From Rhodoferax sp. (GTDB lineage Bacteria; Pseudomonadota; Gammaproteobacteria; Burkholderiales; Burkholderiaceae_C): DNA of 43,783 nucleotides. Below the pieces are notes generated by a model, which was not told the origin of the DNA, did not search any database, and was given only the letters and a program-made list of their open reading frames with translations. How positions within the stretch are numbered: the stretch's first letter is position 1; every line of letters begins with the position of its first letter. The stretch covers positions 1-43,783 of the forward strand of contig JAIFMA010000075.1 in NCBI GenBank assembly GCA_020048795.1, read 5' to 3'. The translations under genes and the position numbers were made by a program. Positions 28,971 through 38,984 of the stretch are shown one piece after another.

Positions 28971-29049
28971 GGCAGGCCAGGCTGAAAAAGATGGGTCATG
29001 TTAGAGCCAACTGATCGCGTGTTGCTTGAATTTTTTGAAACAGTTGTGT

Positions 29050-29430
29050 TCGCAAATTTGTGGCTGCTTCACAGGCCGGCGCAGGCCCCTCAAGCAGCAG
29101 GCTTGATTGACACGGGCAATGCCTTGTTGGTGCCCTTGACGGTGGCGCTGGAGCTTAAGGGATGCGGAAATCACAAATATCCCATTTCTGGCGGCTCTGA
29201 CGGGTGCGTTGCGTCGTTGCAGTCCGCTCGTTTAGCTGGCTAAACTTCGCGTCTTGCGCCAAGCACTGCATCCCATCAGCATTCGCCAGCATTCAACCGG
29301 GTGTTGACTTTGCGGATTTGCTGCACCATGCCGACTCTGCGGGTTGCCGAGCCATGGCGAGTTTCGACAAGAAACTGAAAAAATTGGCAGTCAAATCGAA
29401 ATTAAAACCACCGGTGTTGCTACCCGGCGA
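29050..29430 (+). pseudogene. PIN-domain (VapC-like) toxin remnant interrupted by a hairpin element
   Basis: N-part PAQAPQAAGLIDTGNALLVPLTVALEL and C-part GVDFADLLHH...MASFDKKL lie in different frames; the start (DTN motif) is lost. Confidence 0.65.
29155..29289. repeat. Long imperfect hairpin element (MITE/REPIN-like), copy A
   Basis: Arms CTGGCG..CTGACGGGTGC and GCATCCCATCAG..CGCCAG; inner stem GTTTAGC-TG-GCTAAAC flanked by CGTTGC and GCGCC. Confidence 0.55.
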
Positions 29431-29532
29431 GCTTTGGCAAAGCCAGGCCAGGCTGGATTGGCCCCCCGGATGAACAAGAACATCAGGTGGCATTTCTTTT
29501 GCGGATGCATGATGGGCTCAGCTCGTGCTGGC

Positions 29533-29769
29533 TCAGACCGCAGCCAGCCACTGCTCAATTTTGTCGCGACTGGGCACGCCGCCGGTGTGCACCACCTTAC
29601 CGTTGATGACCACGCCCGGGGTGCGCATTACGCCATACGCCATGATGTCGCGCAGTTCTTCCACCTTGCTCAGTGTCACGTCCACGCCCCGGGCTCTGGC
29701 CACCTGGTCGATCAGGGCGAGAGTGTTTTTGCAGTTGGCACAGCCGGTGCCGAGTACCTTGATGTCCAT
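29533..29769 (-). CDS. Small redox-active disulfide protein (MTH895/thioredoxin-like)
   Basis: IKVLGTGCANC and YGVMRTPGVVING; this family is typically paired with ArsP. Confidence 0.9.
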   Translation of the reverse strand: MDIKVLGTGCANCKNTLALIDQVARARGVDVTLSKVEELRDIMAYGVMRTPGVVINGKVVHTGGVPSRDKIEQWLAAV

Positions 29770-30004
29770 GGAGACCTTCTTTCTATAAAAATGAGAGTGG
29801 CTGTCGCAGGTTTGATGGGGGCTGTCAGCCAATTTGTTTACGAATCTATTCGCGCTCCAGCGCCAGATAGGTCTGGTTGGCCAGTTGCGAAATCCACACG
29901 GCGGCGTGTTTCAGGTGGTCAAACGGTTTGGCATCAAAACTTTTCACCGCTGCGCTGATGTCCACGCCGACCGGTTGAGGGCTGGTGTCGAGCATGGCCG
30001 CCCA

Positions 30005-31051
30005 TCACAAAACAGCGTTAAACACAAAGCCCACCGCCAAAATGCCAGCGGCCACAACACCGACAAAGGTGGCAATCAGGCGCATTTTCAGCACCTTGCG
30101 CAAGATGATCATCTCGGGCAACGACAGGGCAATCACACTCATCATGAACGCCAGCACCGTGCCTAAAGCAGCCCCTTTGGCCAGCAGCGCCTGGACGATG
30201 GGGATGATGCCGGCCGCATTGGTGTACATCGGCACACCAACCAGCACTGCCAGCGGCACGCTCCACCAGGCGTCACGGCCCATGAGGCTGGCCATAAAGT
30301 CTTGTGGCACATAGCCATGAATGCCCGCACCAATGGCAATACCAGCCAGGATGTAGGGCCAGACCTTGCCGACAATCTGGCGCACGGCGGCAAAACCGCC
30401 GTCCAGCCGGTCGGCCAGCGTGACCTGGCCCGCCTCAAACCCGGCCGACATTTTGGGCATGTCACGCACCCAGTCTTCCAGATAGGCTTCCATCTTTAAG
30501 CGGCCAATGGTCCAGCCGGCCACAATCGCCACCGTCAAGCCCAGCCCCAGGTACAGCAGCGCCACTTTCCAGCCAAACAGGCCAAACAGCAGGGTCAGTG
30601 CCACTTCGTTCACCATGGGTGCCGAGATCAAAAACGAAAACGTCACTCCCAGCGGTACACCGGCCTGCACAAAACCAATGAACAGCGGAACGGCTGAGCA
30701 ACTGCAAAACGGCGTCACGATGCCTAGCGTGGCAGCCATCACATTGGCCACGCCCTCACTACGCCCTGCCAGCAGCGCGCGGGTGCGTTCGGGCGTGAAG
30801 TAGCTGTTGATCATGCCCATCACAAACACCACGCCGGTCAGTAGCATCAAAACTTTTGGCGTGTCGTAAAAAAAGAACTGCAGCGCACCGCCCAGGTGGC
30901 TGGCCCGGTCCACTGGCAAGGCCGCAACCAGCGCTTCAGCGGCCGGGTCCAACACGTTGTAAATGCCCAGCCACGCGATGGCGGCCAGAACCAGAAACAG
31001 GACAGGCTGGCGCGTGGGCCAGGATTTGCAATCTAACGTGAGTGTGTTCAT
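30005..31051 (-). CDS. arsP: ArsP/DUF318 family permease (organoarsenical efflux type)
   Basis: FFFYDTPK, TPFCSCS, FLISAPMVNE, GVPMY and ALSLPE. Confidence 0.85.
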   Translation of the reverse strand: MNTLTLDCKSWPTRQPVLFLVLAAIAWLGIYNVLDPAAEALVAALPVDRASHLGGALQFFFYDTPKVLMLLTGVVFVMGMINSYFTPERTRALLAGRSEGVANVMAATLGIVTPFCSCSAVPLFIGFVQAGVPLGVTFSFLISAPMVNEVALTLLFGLFGWKVALLYLGLGLTVAIVAGWTIGRLKMEAYLEDWVRDMPKMSAGFEAGQVTLADRLDGGFAAVRQIVGKVWPYILAGIAIGAGIHGYVPQDFMASLMGRDAWWSVPLAVLVGVPMYTNAAGIIPIVQALLAKGAALGTVLAFMMSVIALSLPEMIILRKVLKMRLIATFVGVVAAGILAVGFVFNAVL

Positions 31052-31279
31052 GGGGGTGAAGACGAACTCGGGTTCAAAAAGACGCAGGTGCCCGAGAAAT
31101 TTATGTGACAACTGTTCTTATGGGCGGTGCCAGAACTGCTGATGAGTTGTCAACGATGTTGGGGTCCGTGTGCATCCGGCCACCTACCAGCTCCAGCAGC
31201 CGAGCGCAACCCTGCAGATATAGAATTGGCAACCAACGCTTGACGGAGCGGCAAGATGGCCAATATGCAAACTTGATCC

Positions 31280-31909
31280 ATGCTCACCGACTTTCGCCTC
31301 AACACCGCCCACCTGACCCTGCGGCAGGTTTCCCCTGCTGATCGGGCTGATCTGATTGCACTTGAAGCAGACGCAGAGGTGATGCGTTATCTGAACGGCG
31401 GACTGCCTGTTCCTGATGCTGGCTTATTCGATGCCGATTTTCTGACCCCACGCGGTGAAGAGCCAGAAGTTTTGGCCGCCCACCACCACGCAGGCGGATC
31501 CTTCATCGGCTGGTTTTCTTTGTTCGACGATGGGATGATCGATGGACTCCGAACCGCAGAGATCGGCTATCGCCTGCGTCAAGCAGCATGGGGTAAGGGC
31601 TACGCTACTGAAGGCGTGCGAGCCTTGATCGAAGCTGCCTTTAACACTTTGGGCTTTGCCAGGGTACGAGCCGAGACAATGACAGTGAACCAAGCATCGC
31701 GCCACGTCATGGAGAAAGCAGGCCTGGTCCTCAGCAAGACGGTTTTTCCCAACAGTGCCTCTCAGATCCCTGGAGCCGATCAGGGTGAAGCCATCTATGA
31801 AATCCGCAAGACAGAAATATCACACATGAGTCATGGCTTGCTCAACCCGGTGTCGGCTCGATGCGCATTGACATACCCGCGAAGTGCCGCATTGATACGG
31901 CTTTGGTAG
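31280..31909 (+). CDS. GNAT N-acetyltransferase, RimJ/RimL family
   Basis: AEIGYRL..AWGKGYATE and NQASRHVMEKAG. Confidence 0.88.
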   Translation: MLTDFRLNTAHLTLRQVSPADRADLIALEADAEVMRYLNGGLPVPDAGLFDADFLTPRGEEPEVLAAHHHAGGSFIGWFSLFDDGMIDGLRTAEIGYRLRQAAWGKGYATEGVRALIEAAFNTLGFARVRAETMTVNQASRHVMEKAGLVLSKTVFPNSASQIPGADQGEAIYEIRKTEISHMSHGLLNPVSARCALTYPRSAALIRLW

Positions 31910-31979
31910 CGCTTGCCTGTGCTTTTAAAAAAAACTCAGCTCATCAGCATCCACGCGCAAAGTCAATTCAAAATCCGCC

Positions 31980-33521
31980 ATGACCTACCTACTCGCTTTC
32001 GACCAGGGCACCTCCAGTTCACGCAGCGTTGTTTTTGACAGACAAGGCCGCATTCACGCGCTGGCGCAGCTCGAACTGTCACAGATTTACCCCCAGCCAG
32101 GATGGGTCGAACACGACCCGCTCGACATCTGGAACACCCAGCTGGCCACCGCCCGGCAGGCCTTGATACAGGCCGGGTTACATGCCAGAGATATCCACGC
32201 TGTGGGCATCACCAACCAGCGCGAGACCACCGTGGTCTGGAGTCGCCATACCGGCAAACCCATCCACAACGCCATCGTCTGGCAAGACCGCCGCACCGAA
32301 CCTCTGTGTGTCGGCTTGCGCCAACAAGGGCTTGCCAGCACCATTCAAAAAAAGACCGGTCTGGTGGTGGATGCCTATTTTTCCGGCACCAAGCTGAAAT
32401 GGATTCTTGACCATGTGCCGGGTGCGCGACAGCAGGCGATCAACGGCGATCTGGCTTTTGGCACCATTGACAGTTGGTTGATCTGGCAACTGACCCATGG
32501 TGCGGTGCACGCCACCGATGTCAGCAATGCTTCGCGCACCATGCTGTTCAATGTGCACACCAACCAGTGGGACGCTGAACTGCTGCGGGCGTTGGACATT
32601 CCAACCAGTCTGTTGCCGACCGTGAAACCATCCAGCGCAGCTTACGGTGAAGTTCATGCCGACCTGCTCGGTGCCGGGATTCCCATTGGTGGCGTAGCGG
32701 GCGACCAGCAAAGCGCCCTGTTTGGCCAGGCCTGCTTCGCGCCCGGCATGGTCAAAAACACCTATGGCACGGGCTGCTTCATGCTGATGCATACCGGCCA
32801 GACGTTCCAGACTTCATCGAATGGCCTGATCACCACCAGCGCCGCGCAAACCAGCACCCGAACTGAATTTGCCATCGAGGGCAGCGTGTTTGTGGGTGGC
32901 GCGGTGGTGCAGTGGCTACGCGATGGGCTGCACGCCATTTCCAGCAGTTCAGAAGTTCAGGCATTGGCCGAGACCGTGCCCGACTCAGGTGGCCTGGTGG
33001 TGGTGCCCGCCTTTACCGGGCTGGGTGCGCCCTATTGGCAGCCCGATGCACGCGGTGCCATTTTGGGCCTTAGCCGCGGCAGCAGCCTGGCGCATATTGC
33101 GCGGGCCTCGCTGGAGAGCATCGCCTTTCAAAGTGCCGCCTTGCTTCAAGCCATGCAGCGCGATGCCGTTCAGGCTGGCACCGCGCCCGTGACCGAACTC
33201 CGCGTCGATGGCGGTGCCAGCATCAACAACCTGCTGATGCAGTTCCAGGCCGATTTACTCGGCATCCCGGTGGTGCGCCCGGCAGTCACCGAGACCACGG
33301 CGCTGGGTGCTGCCTATCTGGCCGGCCTGTCAACGGGCGTGTTCCACAGCCAGCACGAGCTCAGCGAGCAATGGCGGTCCGGGCACCGTTTTGAACCCGC
33401 CATGTCACCCAGCCATGCAGCCAAACTGATGGCCCGCTGGGAGCACGCCGTGGCGCAGACTGCACTGCCAGCGCACCAGGTCGATCACGTGCCAGATCAA
33501 GTTGTCAGGACAATTGATTAG
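31980..33521 (+). CDS. glpK: Glycerol kinase
   Basis: [39 protein letters not shown] and VDGGAS. Confidence 0.97.
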   Translation: MTYLLAFDQGTSSSRSVVFDRQGRIHALAQLELSQIYPQPGWVEHDPLDIWNTQLATARQALIQAGLHARDIHAVGITNQRETTVVWSRHTGKPIHNAIVWQDRRTEPLCVGLRQQGLASTIQKKTGLVVDAYFSGTKLKWILDHVPGARQQAINGDLAFGTIDSWLIWQLTHGAVHATDVSNASRTMLFNVHTNQWDAELLRALDIPTSLLPTVKPSSAAYGEVHADLLGAGIPIGGVAGDQQSALFGQACFAPGMVKNTYGTGCFMLMHTGQTFQTSSNGLITTSAAQTSTRTEFAIEGSVFVGGAVVQWLRDGLHAISSSSEVQALAETVPDSGGLVVVPAFTGLGAPYWQPDARGAILGLSRGSSLAHIARASLESIAFQSAALLQAMQRDAVQAGTAPVTELRVDGGASINNLLMQFQADLLGIPVVRPAVTETTALGAAYLAGLSTGVFHSQHELSEQWRSGHRFEPAMSPSHAAKLMARWEHAVAQTALPAHQVDHVPDQVVRTID

Positions 33522-33571
33522 ACTTGGCGCTTTCCACAACGCGGCCGCAGTCTGACCCCTGCACACCCTTT

Positions 33572-34387
33572 ATGAGCGAGCGCATAGCATTTATTGGCGG
33601 CGGCAACATGGCCAGCGCCATCATTGGCGGATTGGTCAAGCAAGGCACATCCAGCCAGGATATTGACGTCATTGAACCTTTTGACGCAGCCAGGGACAAG
33701 CTCCAAAGCAACTTTGGCATTCAAGCCCAGGCCCAGGCTGGTGCCTTTTTGTCACGCGCCAGCCTGGTGGTGTGGGCGGTCAAACCACAAACCTTCAGAC
33801 AGGCCACACTGGTGGTTGCACCGCACACAGCCAACGCACTGCACTTGAGTGTGGCCGCCGGCATCCGCAGCCACAGCATGGCCGGCTGGCTGGCTACCGA
33901 ACGCATTGTGCGTGCCATGCCCAATACCCCGGCACTGATTGGCAAGGGCATCACCGGCCTGTTTGCCCGTGCTGGCGTGTCCAGGGAAGATCAGGCACAA
34001 GTCAGCCGTGTCCTGTCTGGCACCGGTGAATCGATCTGGCTGGATACCGAAGAAAAGCTCGACGTGGTGACCGCCTTGTCAGGCTCGGGGCCGGCCTATG
34101 TGTTTTATTTCATGGAAGCCATGACCACTGCCGGCGTTGAGATGGGCTTGAGCCGTGAGCAGGCGCACCAGCTCGCAGTCAGCACGTTTGCCGGAGCCAG
34201 TGAACTGGCCCGCACTTCAACCGAGTCGCCCCAGTTGCTACGCCAGCGTGTGACCTCCAAGGGGGGAACCACCTATGCGGCCATTTCCTCGATGGAAAAC
34301 AACGACATGCGGGCCCAGTTCATTGAAGCCCTGTATGCGGCACGCGAACGCGCCAAAGAACTTGGCGATGAGTTTGGGCTGGCCTGA
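33572..34387 (+). CDS. proC: Pyrroline-5-carboxylate reductase
   Basis: FIGGGNMA, RAMPNTP, TALSGSGPAY and VTSKGGTT. Confidence 0.97.
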   Translation: MSERIAFIGGGNMASAIIGGLVKQGTSSQDIDVIEPFDAARDKLQSNFGIQAQAQAGAFLSRASLVVWAVKPQTFRQATLVVAPHTANALHLSVAAGIRSHSMAGWLATERIVRAMPNTPALIGKGITGLFARAGVSREDQAQVSRVLSGTGESIWLDTEEKLDVVTALSGSGPAYVFYFMEAMTTAGVEMGLSREQAHQLAVSTFAGASELARTSTESPQLLRQRVTSKGGTTYAAISSMENNDMRAQFIEALYAARERAKELGDEFGLA

Positions 34388-34432
34388 ACAAGCTGCGAAG
34401 CCCAAGGCCATTGTGCCTGATGCAGCATCAGC

Positions 34433-35302
34433 TCATTGGCTGGCGTATCCCAGGGCAATGCCGGCAAACACGGTCAGTCCTAGCCAGTGATTGAGCCGAA
34501 AGGCCTTGAAACACCCCTCGCGGCTGCGCCCCCGAATCAGCGTGTAGTGCCAGATCACCTGGCTGACGGCTGCGCCAATAGCTATTAAATATATAGCTCC
34601 TAGCGCATATGGCATAAGGGCTAGAGCCCAAAAAGCTATAAACAACAGGTAACACAGCATGACCACCGGCACATCCCAAGCGCCCAGCGTGATGGCTGAG
34701 GTTTTCATGCCGATCTTCAGGTCATCGTCGCGGTCCACCATGGCGTACTCGGTATCGTAGGCCAGCACCCAAAACAGGTTGCCCAGCATCAGCACCCAGC
34801 CCAGCCGCGGCACCTCGCCCAGCACAGCGGCAAAGGCCATCGGCATGCCCATGCCAAAAGCCAGCCCGAGAACCGCCTGCGGCATCGCCACAAAGCGTTT
34901 GGCGTACGGATAGGCCAGTGTGATGGCCAGTGCCGCAAACGACATGCCAATCGTCACCGCATTGGTGGTCAGCACCAACATAAACGCCAGCAGCGCCAGC
35001 ACGGCACCGACTGTCAGCGCCTCGCGGCTGCTGACCGCGCCACAGGTCACCGGGCGCTGTGCCGTGCGCTTGACATGCCGGTCAAAGTCGCGATCGGCCA
35101 CATCGTTGATGCAACAGCCAGCACTGCGCATCAGAAAAGTACCCAACACAAAGACACCCAACAGGTGCCAGCCCGGAAAACCACCCGCCGCCACCCACAA
35201 CGCACCCAGCGTCGGCCACAACAGCAGCAACCAGCCCGCCGGACGGTTCCAGCGGATCAAATCAAGATACAAAAGCAACTTGCGCTGCAATAAGCTCACC
35301 AT
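34433..35302 (-). CDS. ubiA: 4-hydroxybenzoate polyprenyltransferase
   Basis: [16 protein letters not shown] and [13 protein letters not shown]. Confidence 0.97.
   Translation of the reverse strand: MVSLLQRKLLLYLDLIRWNRPAGWLLLLWPTLGALWVAAGGFPGWHLLGVFVLGTFLMRSAGCCINDVADRDFDRHVKRTAQRPVTCGAVSSREALTVGAVLALLAFMLVLTTNAVTIGMSFAALAITLAYPYAKRFVAMPQAVLGLAFGMGMPMAFAAVLGEVPRLGWVLMLGNLFWVLAYDTEYAMVDRDDDLKIGMKTSAITLGAWDVPVVMLCYLLFIAFWALALMPYALGAIYLIAIGAAVSQVIWHYTLIRGRSREGCFKAFRLNHWLGLTVFAGIALGYASQ
34580..34634 (+). repeat. 55-bp double-dyad motif, copy 5 (inside ubiA)
   Basis: AGCTATTAAATATATAGCT-CCTAGCGC-ATATGGCATA-AGGGCT-AGAGCCCAAAAA. Confidence 0.88.
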
Positions 35303-35382
35303 GCAAGCCTCACAAAGTGACCGTCATGACATGAACGGCTGGCTGAAAATGATTCATCGGGCCGAGCCGGATTGAAAATCGG

Positions 35383-36336
35383 TCATGACAAACGTTTCAC
35401 GCCCGGTAACTCACAAGCGTAAATGGCATTGCGCAAAGCAGCAATGGCTTCGTAGCGGGTAAAACTGCGCCGCCATGCCACCACTACGCGCCGCACCGGC
35501 GGGTCACCGGCAAACGGCAGATACCTGATGTAGGGGTCTTCATCACGCTTGCGACTGGGCTTGGCCGACAGCGCCTCTTTGGGCACACTCAGCCGCGGCA
35601 CCAGCGTCACCCCCATCCCTGCGGCCACCATGTGTTTGATGGTTTCAAGCGATGAGCCTTCAAAGCTTTTGCGAATGCCTTCTGCGTTGGCAGAAAAACG
35701 GGCAAATTCAGGACACACCTCCAGCACATGGTCGCGAAAACAGTGGCCGCTGCCCAGCAACAGCATGGTCTCTGATTTGAGCTGCTCGCTGGTGACCTCT
35801 GACTGCCTGGCCAGCGCATGGTTGGTTGGCACGGCGGCCATGAACGGCTCGTCATACAGCGGCGCAACGGCCAGACCGGCATCCGGAAATGGTTCTGCCA
35901 GAATGGCACAGTCAATCTCGCCGGTACGCAGCATGTCGAGCAACTTGACGGTGAAGTTCTCCTGTAGCATCAATGGCATCTCGGGCGTGCGCTGGATCAT
36001 CTGGCGCACCAGATCGGGCAGCAAATAAGGGCCAATGGTGTAAATCACGCCCAAGGTGAGCGGGCCGGCCAGCGGATTCTTGCCACGCTTGGCGATCTCC
36101 TTGATGGCTGCGGCCTGCTCCAGCACGCTTTGCGCCTGGCGCACGATCTCCTCGCCCAGATGCGTCACCGTCACTTCATTGGCGCTGCGCTCAAACAACT
36201 TCACGTCGAGTTCTTCCTCAAGCTTCTTCACAGCAACCGACAGGGTCGGTTGCGCCACATAACAGGCTTCTGCCGCCTTGCCAAAATGCCGCTCACGCGC
36301 CACCGCCACGATATATTTGAGTTCGGTCAAAGTCAT
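35383..36336 (-). CDS. oxyR: Hydrogen-peroxide-sensing LysR regulator
   Basis: LysR HTH; GHCFRDHVLEVC (C-x8-C redox pair) and GSSLETIKHMV; close to recG. Confidence 0.93.
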   Translation of the reverse strand: MTLTELKYIVAVARERHFGKAAEACYVAQPTLSVAVKKLEEELDVKLFERSANEVTVTHLGEEIVRQAQSVLEQAAAIKEIAKRGKNPLAGPLTLGVIYTIGPYLLPDLVRQMIQRTPEMPLMLQENFTVKLLDMLRTGEIDCAILAEPFPDAGLAVAPLYDEPFMAAVPTNHALARQSEVTSEQLKSETMLLLGSGHCFRDHVLEVCPEFARFSANAEGIRKSFEGSSLETIKHMVAAGMGVTLVPRLSVPKEALSAKPSRKRDEDPYIRYLPFAGDPPVRRVVVAWRRSFTRYEAIAALRNAIYACELPGVKRLS

Positions 36337-36402
36337 GGTGCTATTGTCCTACCTGAGCGCGCCGGTTCCGCTCACCTTGGCCTTTCAATCACAGGAGTCT
36401 GC

Positions 36403-36640
36403 ATGATCAATGCAATTTTCCGCGCCGTGCCTGGCACACCTGACGAGGCGTACTTTGCCACAGCGACACGTCTGCGCGAATTGGCACTGGGGTAGTTTGG
36501 CTGGGATGAGCACAGCCTTCGCGCCTGGAAAAACCATGCGGAGCACGTCGTGGCACAACAAATGGGGCGGTAACGCTGGTACCAATCTGATGTGGTGCAG
36601 GTGGCACACATCAGCCGTGAATACCGGTTTGAAGCCTCAG
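36403..36640 (+). pseudogene. Antibiotic-biosynthesis-monooxygenase (ABM) family remnant
   Basis: After a CAGGAG RBS: MINAIFRA..EAYFATATRLRELALG*FGWDEHSLRAWKNHAEHVVAQQMGR*RWY..VQVAHISREY. In-frame stops at 36493 and 36571, plus a central deletion. Confidence 0.75.
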
Positions 36641-36676
36641 ACCATGCCCAAGCCCGGCACCTGCCGGCTAATCCCT

Positions 36677-38845
36677 TCACGCCTTCAAATACTGTGCCTT
36701 GGTACCCAGCCAGCGCTGCACATGTTTTTCAGCCAGCGCCGGGTGCTGCTCCAGCATCACCGGGGCCAACTGGCGCGCCCAGGCCAATAAGCCTGCATCT
36801 TCCACCACGTCGGCAAAACGCAGCAGCGCGGCACCCGACTGGCGTGCGCCCATGAACTCGCCGGGGCCGCGAATCTCCAGGTCGCGCCGGGCAATCTCAA
36901 AACCATCGTTGCTTTCGGCCATGGCTCTGAGCCGGGCACGGGCCGTCTCGCCCAGGCGTGGTGCGTCACCCGTGGAATACAGCAGCACACAGGCTGAGGC
37001 CGCCGCGCCGCGCCCAACCCGCCCGCGCAACTGGTGCAACTGGCTCAGGCCAAAACGCTCGGCGTGCTCGATCACCATCAGGCTCGCATTGGGCACATCC
37101 ACCCCCACCTCAATCACCGTGGTACTCACCAGCACACCCATCTGGCCGGCCGTGAACAGGCTCATCACGGCTTTTTTCTCTGCCACCGGCATCCGTGAAT
37201 GCAGCAAGCCGACCATCACGCCGGGCAGCGCAGCGCTCAGTTGGGCATGGGTTTCGGTGGCGTTGGTCAGGTCCAGCGCCTCACTTTCTTCAATCAGCGG
37301 GCATACCCAATAAATCTGTCGCCCCTGTTCAACCTGCACGCGAATGCGCGCTATCACCTCGTCGCGGCGCGCCTCGTGGATCACTTTGGTGACGATGGGC
37401 GTGCGCCCGGGTGGCAGCTCGTCGATGGTGGACACGTCCAGATCGGCGTAATAACTCATGGCCAGCGTGCGCGGGATGGGCGTGGCGCTCATCATCAGCA
37501 GATGCGGCTCCAGCGCCTCCACCAGCTTGCCGCGCAGCGCCAGCCGCTGCGCCACGCCAAAACGGTGCTGCTCGTCAATGATGGCCAGCGCCAGCTTGCT
37601 GAACTGCACCTTGTCCTGGATGATGGCGTGGGTGCCCACCACCAGTTGCGCCTGTCCGCTGGTGATCAGCGCCAGCATCTCTCGCCGTTCCCTGGCCTTT
37701 TGACTGCCGGTCAGCCAGGCCGTGGTGATGCCCAGCGGATGCAGCCAGCTCACCAGTTTGGCAAAGTGCTGGGTGGCCAGAATCTCGGTGGGTGCCATCA
37801 GCGCGCACTGCCAGCCGGCCTCGATGCACACCGCTGCAGCCAATGCTGCGACCACGGTTTTGCCGGAACCGACATCGCCTTGCAACAGACGGTGCATCGG
37901 CACCGGACGGCGCAAGTCGTGGCTGATTTCGGCGCAGACCCGGCGCTGCGCGGCAGTAAGCTGAAAAGGCAGGGCGGCCAGCAGGCGCTGGTGCAGGGGC
38001 TGGCTGGCACCGGCGGCGTGGTCATCAAACTGCGTGGGTGCCAGTTGTGCCACCTGCGCGGGCACCCAATCAGCCTCTGTGTCAACCGGGGCCGATCGGC
38101 TGTCTGGCGCCATCAACGCAGGTGCCACCAAGGCAGCGCGTTCGCGTTTGGCCTGTAGTTGCGACATCTGCTGCGCCAGCAGTTCCTCCGCCTTGAGCCG
38201 CTGCCAGGCCGGGTGGCTGTGATCCTGCAACGTGGCGAGCGTCACATCAGGCGCAGGGTAATGCAAAAACAATAGCGACTCACGCAGACTCCATAAGGGC
38301 TGTAGGCCTATTTCATTCAAATTATCACTTGGTACCGTGTCTGACAACTCGGCCCGTGCCAAACCTGCCTGCACCGCCTTGCGCAAATAGGCCTGTGGCA
38401 AACCAGCCGCCGTTGGGTAAACCGGGGTCAGCGCCGTGGCCAGTTCACCACCGGCGGGCTTAAAGGCCGGATGCATCATCGTCAAGCCGGCAAAACCGCC
38501 CCTGATTTCACCGCGCGCCCGAATCTGCTGGCCCACCGCCAGCGCCTTTTGCAAAGACGGGTAAAAGGTAAAAAAGCGCAACAGACAGGTGCCGGTGCCA
38601 TCGTCGAGCGTCACCAGCAGTTGCCGCGTGCCACCCAGCTTGATTTCGGTGTGCCGAATCGTGCCCTCAACCTGCGCCAGATCGCCCTCGCGCACATCGC
38701 GCAGTTGGACCAGGCGGGTTTCGTCCTCGTAGCGCAAGGGCAGATGCAGCGCCAGGTCGATGGGCCGAACCAGGCCAAGCTTGCGCAAGGCCTTTTGCGG
38801 GCCCGACAAAGGCTTGACAGACGCTGGTGCAGGTGGCGTAGGCAT
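36677..38845 (-). CDS. recG: ATP-dependent DNA helicase RecG
   Basis: LLQGDVGSGKT, DEQHRFG, SATPIPRT, TTVIEVGVD and QLRGRVGRG. Confidence 0.98.
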   Translation of the reverse strand: MPTPPAPASVKPLSGPQKALRKLGLVRPIDLALHLPLRYEDETRLVQLRDVREGDLAQVEGTIRHTEIKLGGTRQLLVTLDDGTGTCLLRFFTFYPSLQKALAVGQQIRARGEIRGGFAGLTMMHPAFKPAGGELATALTPVYPTAAGLPQAYLRKAVQAGLARAELSDTVPSDNLNEIGLQPLWSLRESLLFLHYPAPDVTLATLQDHSHPAWQRLKAEELLAQQMSQLQAKRERAALVAPALMAPDSRSAPVDTEADWVPAQVAQLAPTQFDDHAAGASQPLHQRLLAALPFQLTAAQRRVCAEISHDLRRPVPMHRLLQGDVGSGKTVVAALAAAVCIEAGWQCALMAPTEILATQHFAKLVSWLHPLGITTAWLTGSQKARERREMLALITSGQAQLVVGTHAIIQDKVQFSKLALAIIDEQHRFGVAQRLALRGKLVEALEPHLLMMSATPIPRTLAMSYYADLDVSTIDELPPGRTPIVTKVIHEARRDEVIARIRVQVEQGRQIYWVCPLIEESEALDLTNATETHAQLSAALPGVMVGLLHSRMPVAEKKAVMSLFTAGQMGVLVSTTVIEVGVDVPNASLMVIEHAERFGLSQLHQLRGRVGRGAAASACVLLYSTGDAPRLGETARARLRAMAESNDGFEIARRDLEIRGPGEFMGARQSGAALLRFADVVEDAGLLAWARQLAPVMLEQHPALAEKHVQRWLGTKAQYLKA
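38259..38313 (+). repeat. 55-bp double-dyad motif, copy 6 (inside recG)
   Basis: TAATGCAAAAACAATAGCG-ACTCACGC-AGACTCCATA-AGGGCT-GTAGGCCTATTT. Confidence 0.8.
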
Positions 38846-38859
38846 GCGGCGATTTTGCC

Positions 38860-38902
38860 CAGTTTAAAAACAATAGCGGCCAGCGCTTATTCATCAAGGG
38901 CT
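38860..38902 (+). repeat. 55-bp double-dyad motif, copy 7, 43-bp head only (upstream of recG)
   Basis: CAGTTTAAAAACAATAGCG-GCCAGCGC-TTATTCATCA-AGGGCT followed by unrelated sequence; candidate tail at 42149-42160. Confidence 0.75.
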
Positions 38903-38984
38903 GGGGTAAAGTGGACTCCGGATTTAACACAGCGGTTTAAGCTGGACACTGTCTGAAGAAATGGGGCATGACCGCCGTCTTCGC

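Noticed and set aside
31920-31960. TGCTTTTAAAAAAAACTCAGCT upstream of glpK as a motif copy
   Set aside because: The dyad is 22 rather than 19 bp and the downstream blocks do not match.
38000-38110. Extra low-complexity segments in RecG (and in QueA at ~43045-43125)
   Set aside because: In-frame, variable-loop-like and unrelated to either repeat family; ordinary lineage-specific loops.
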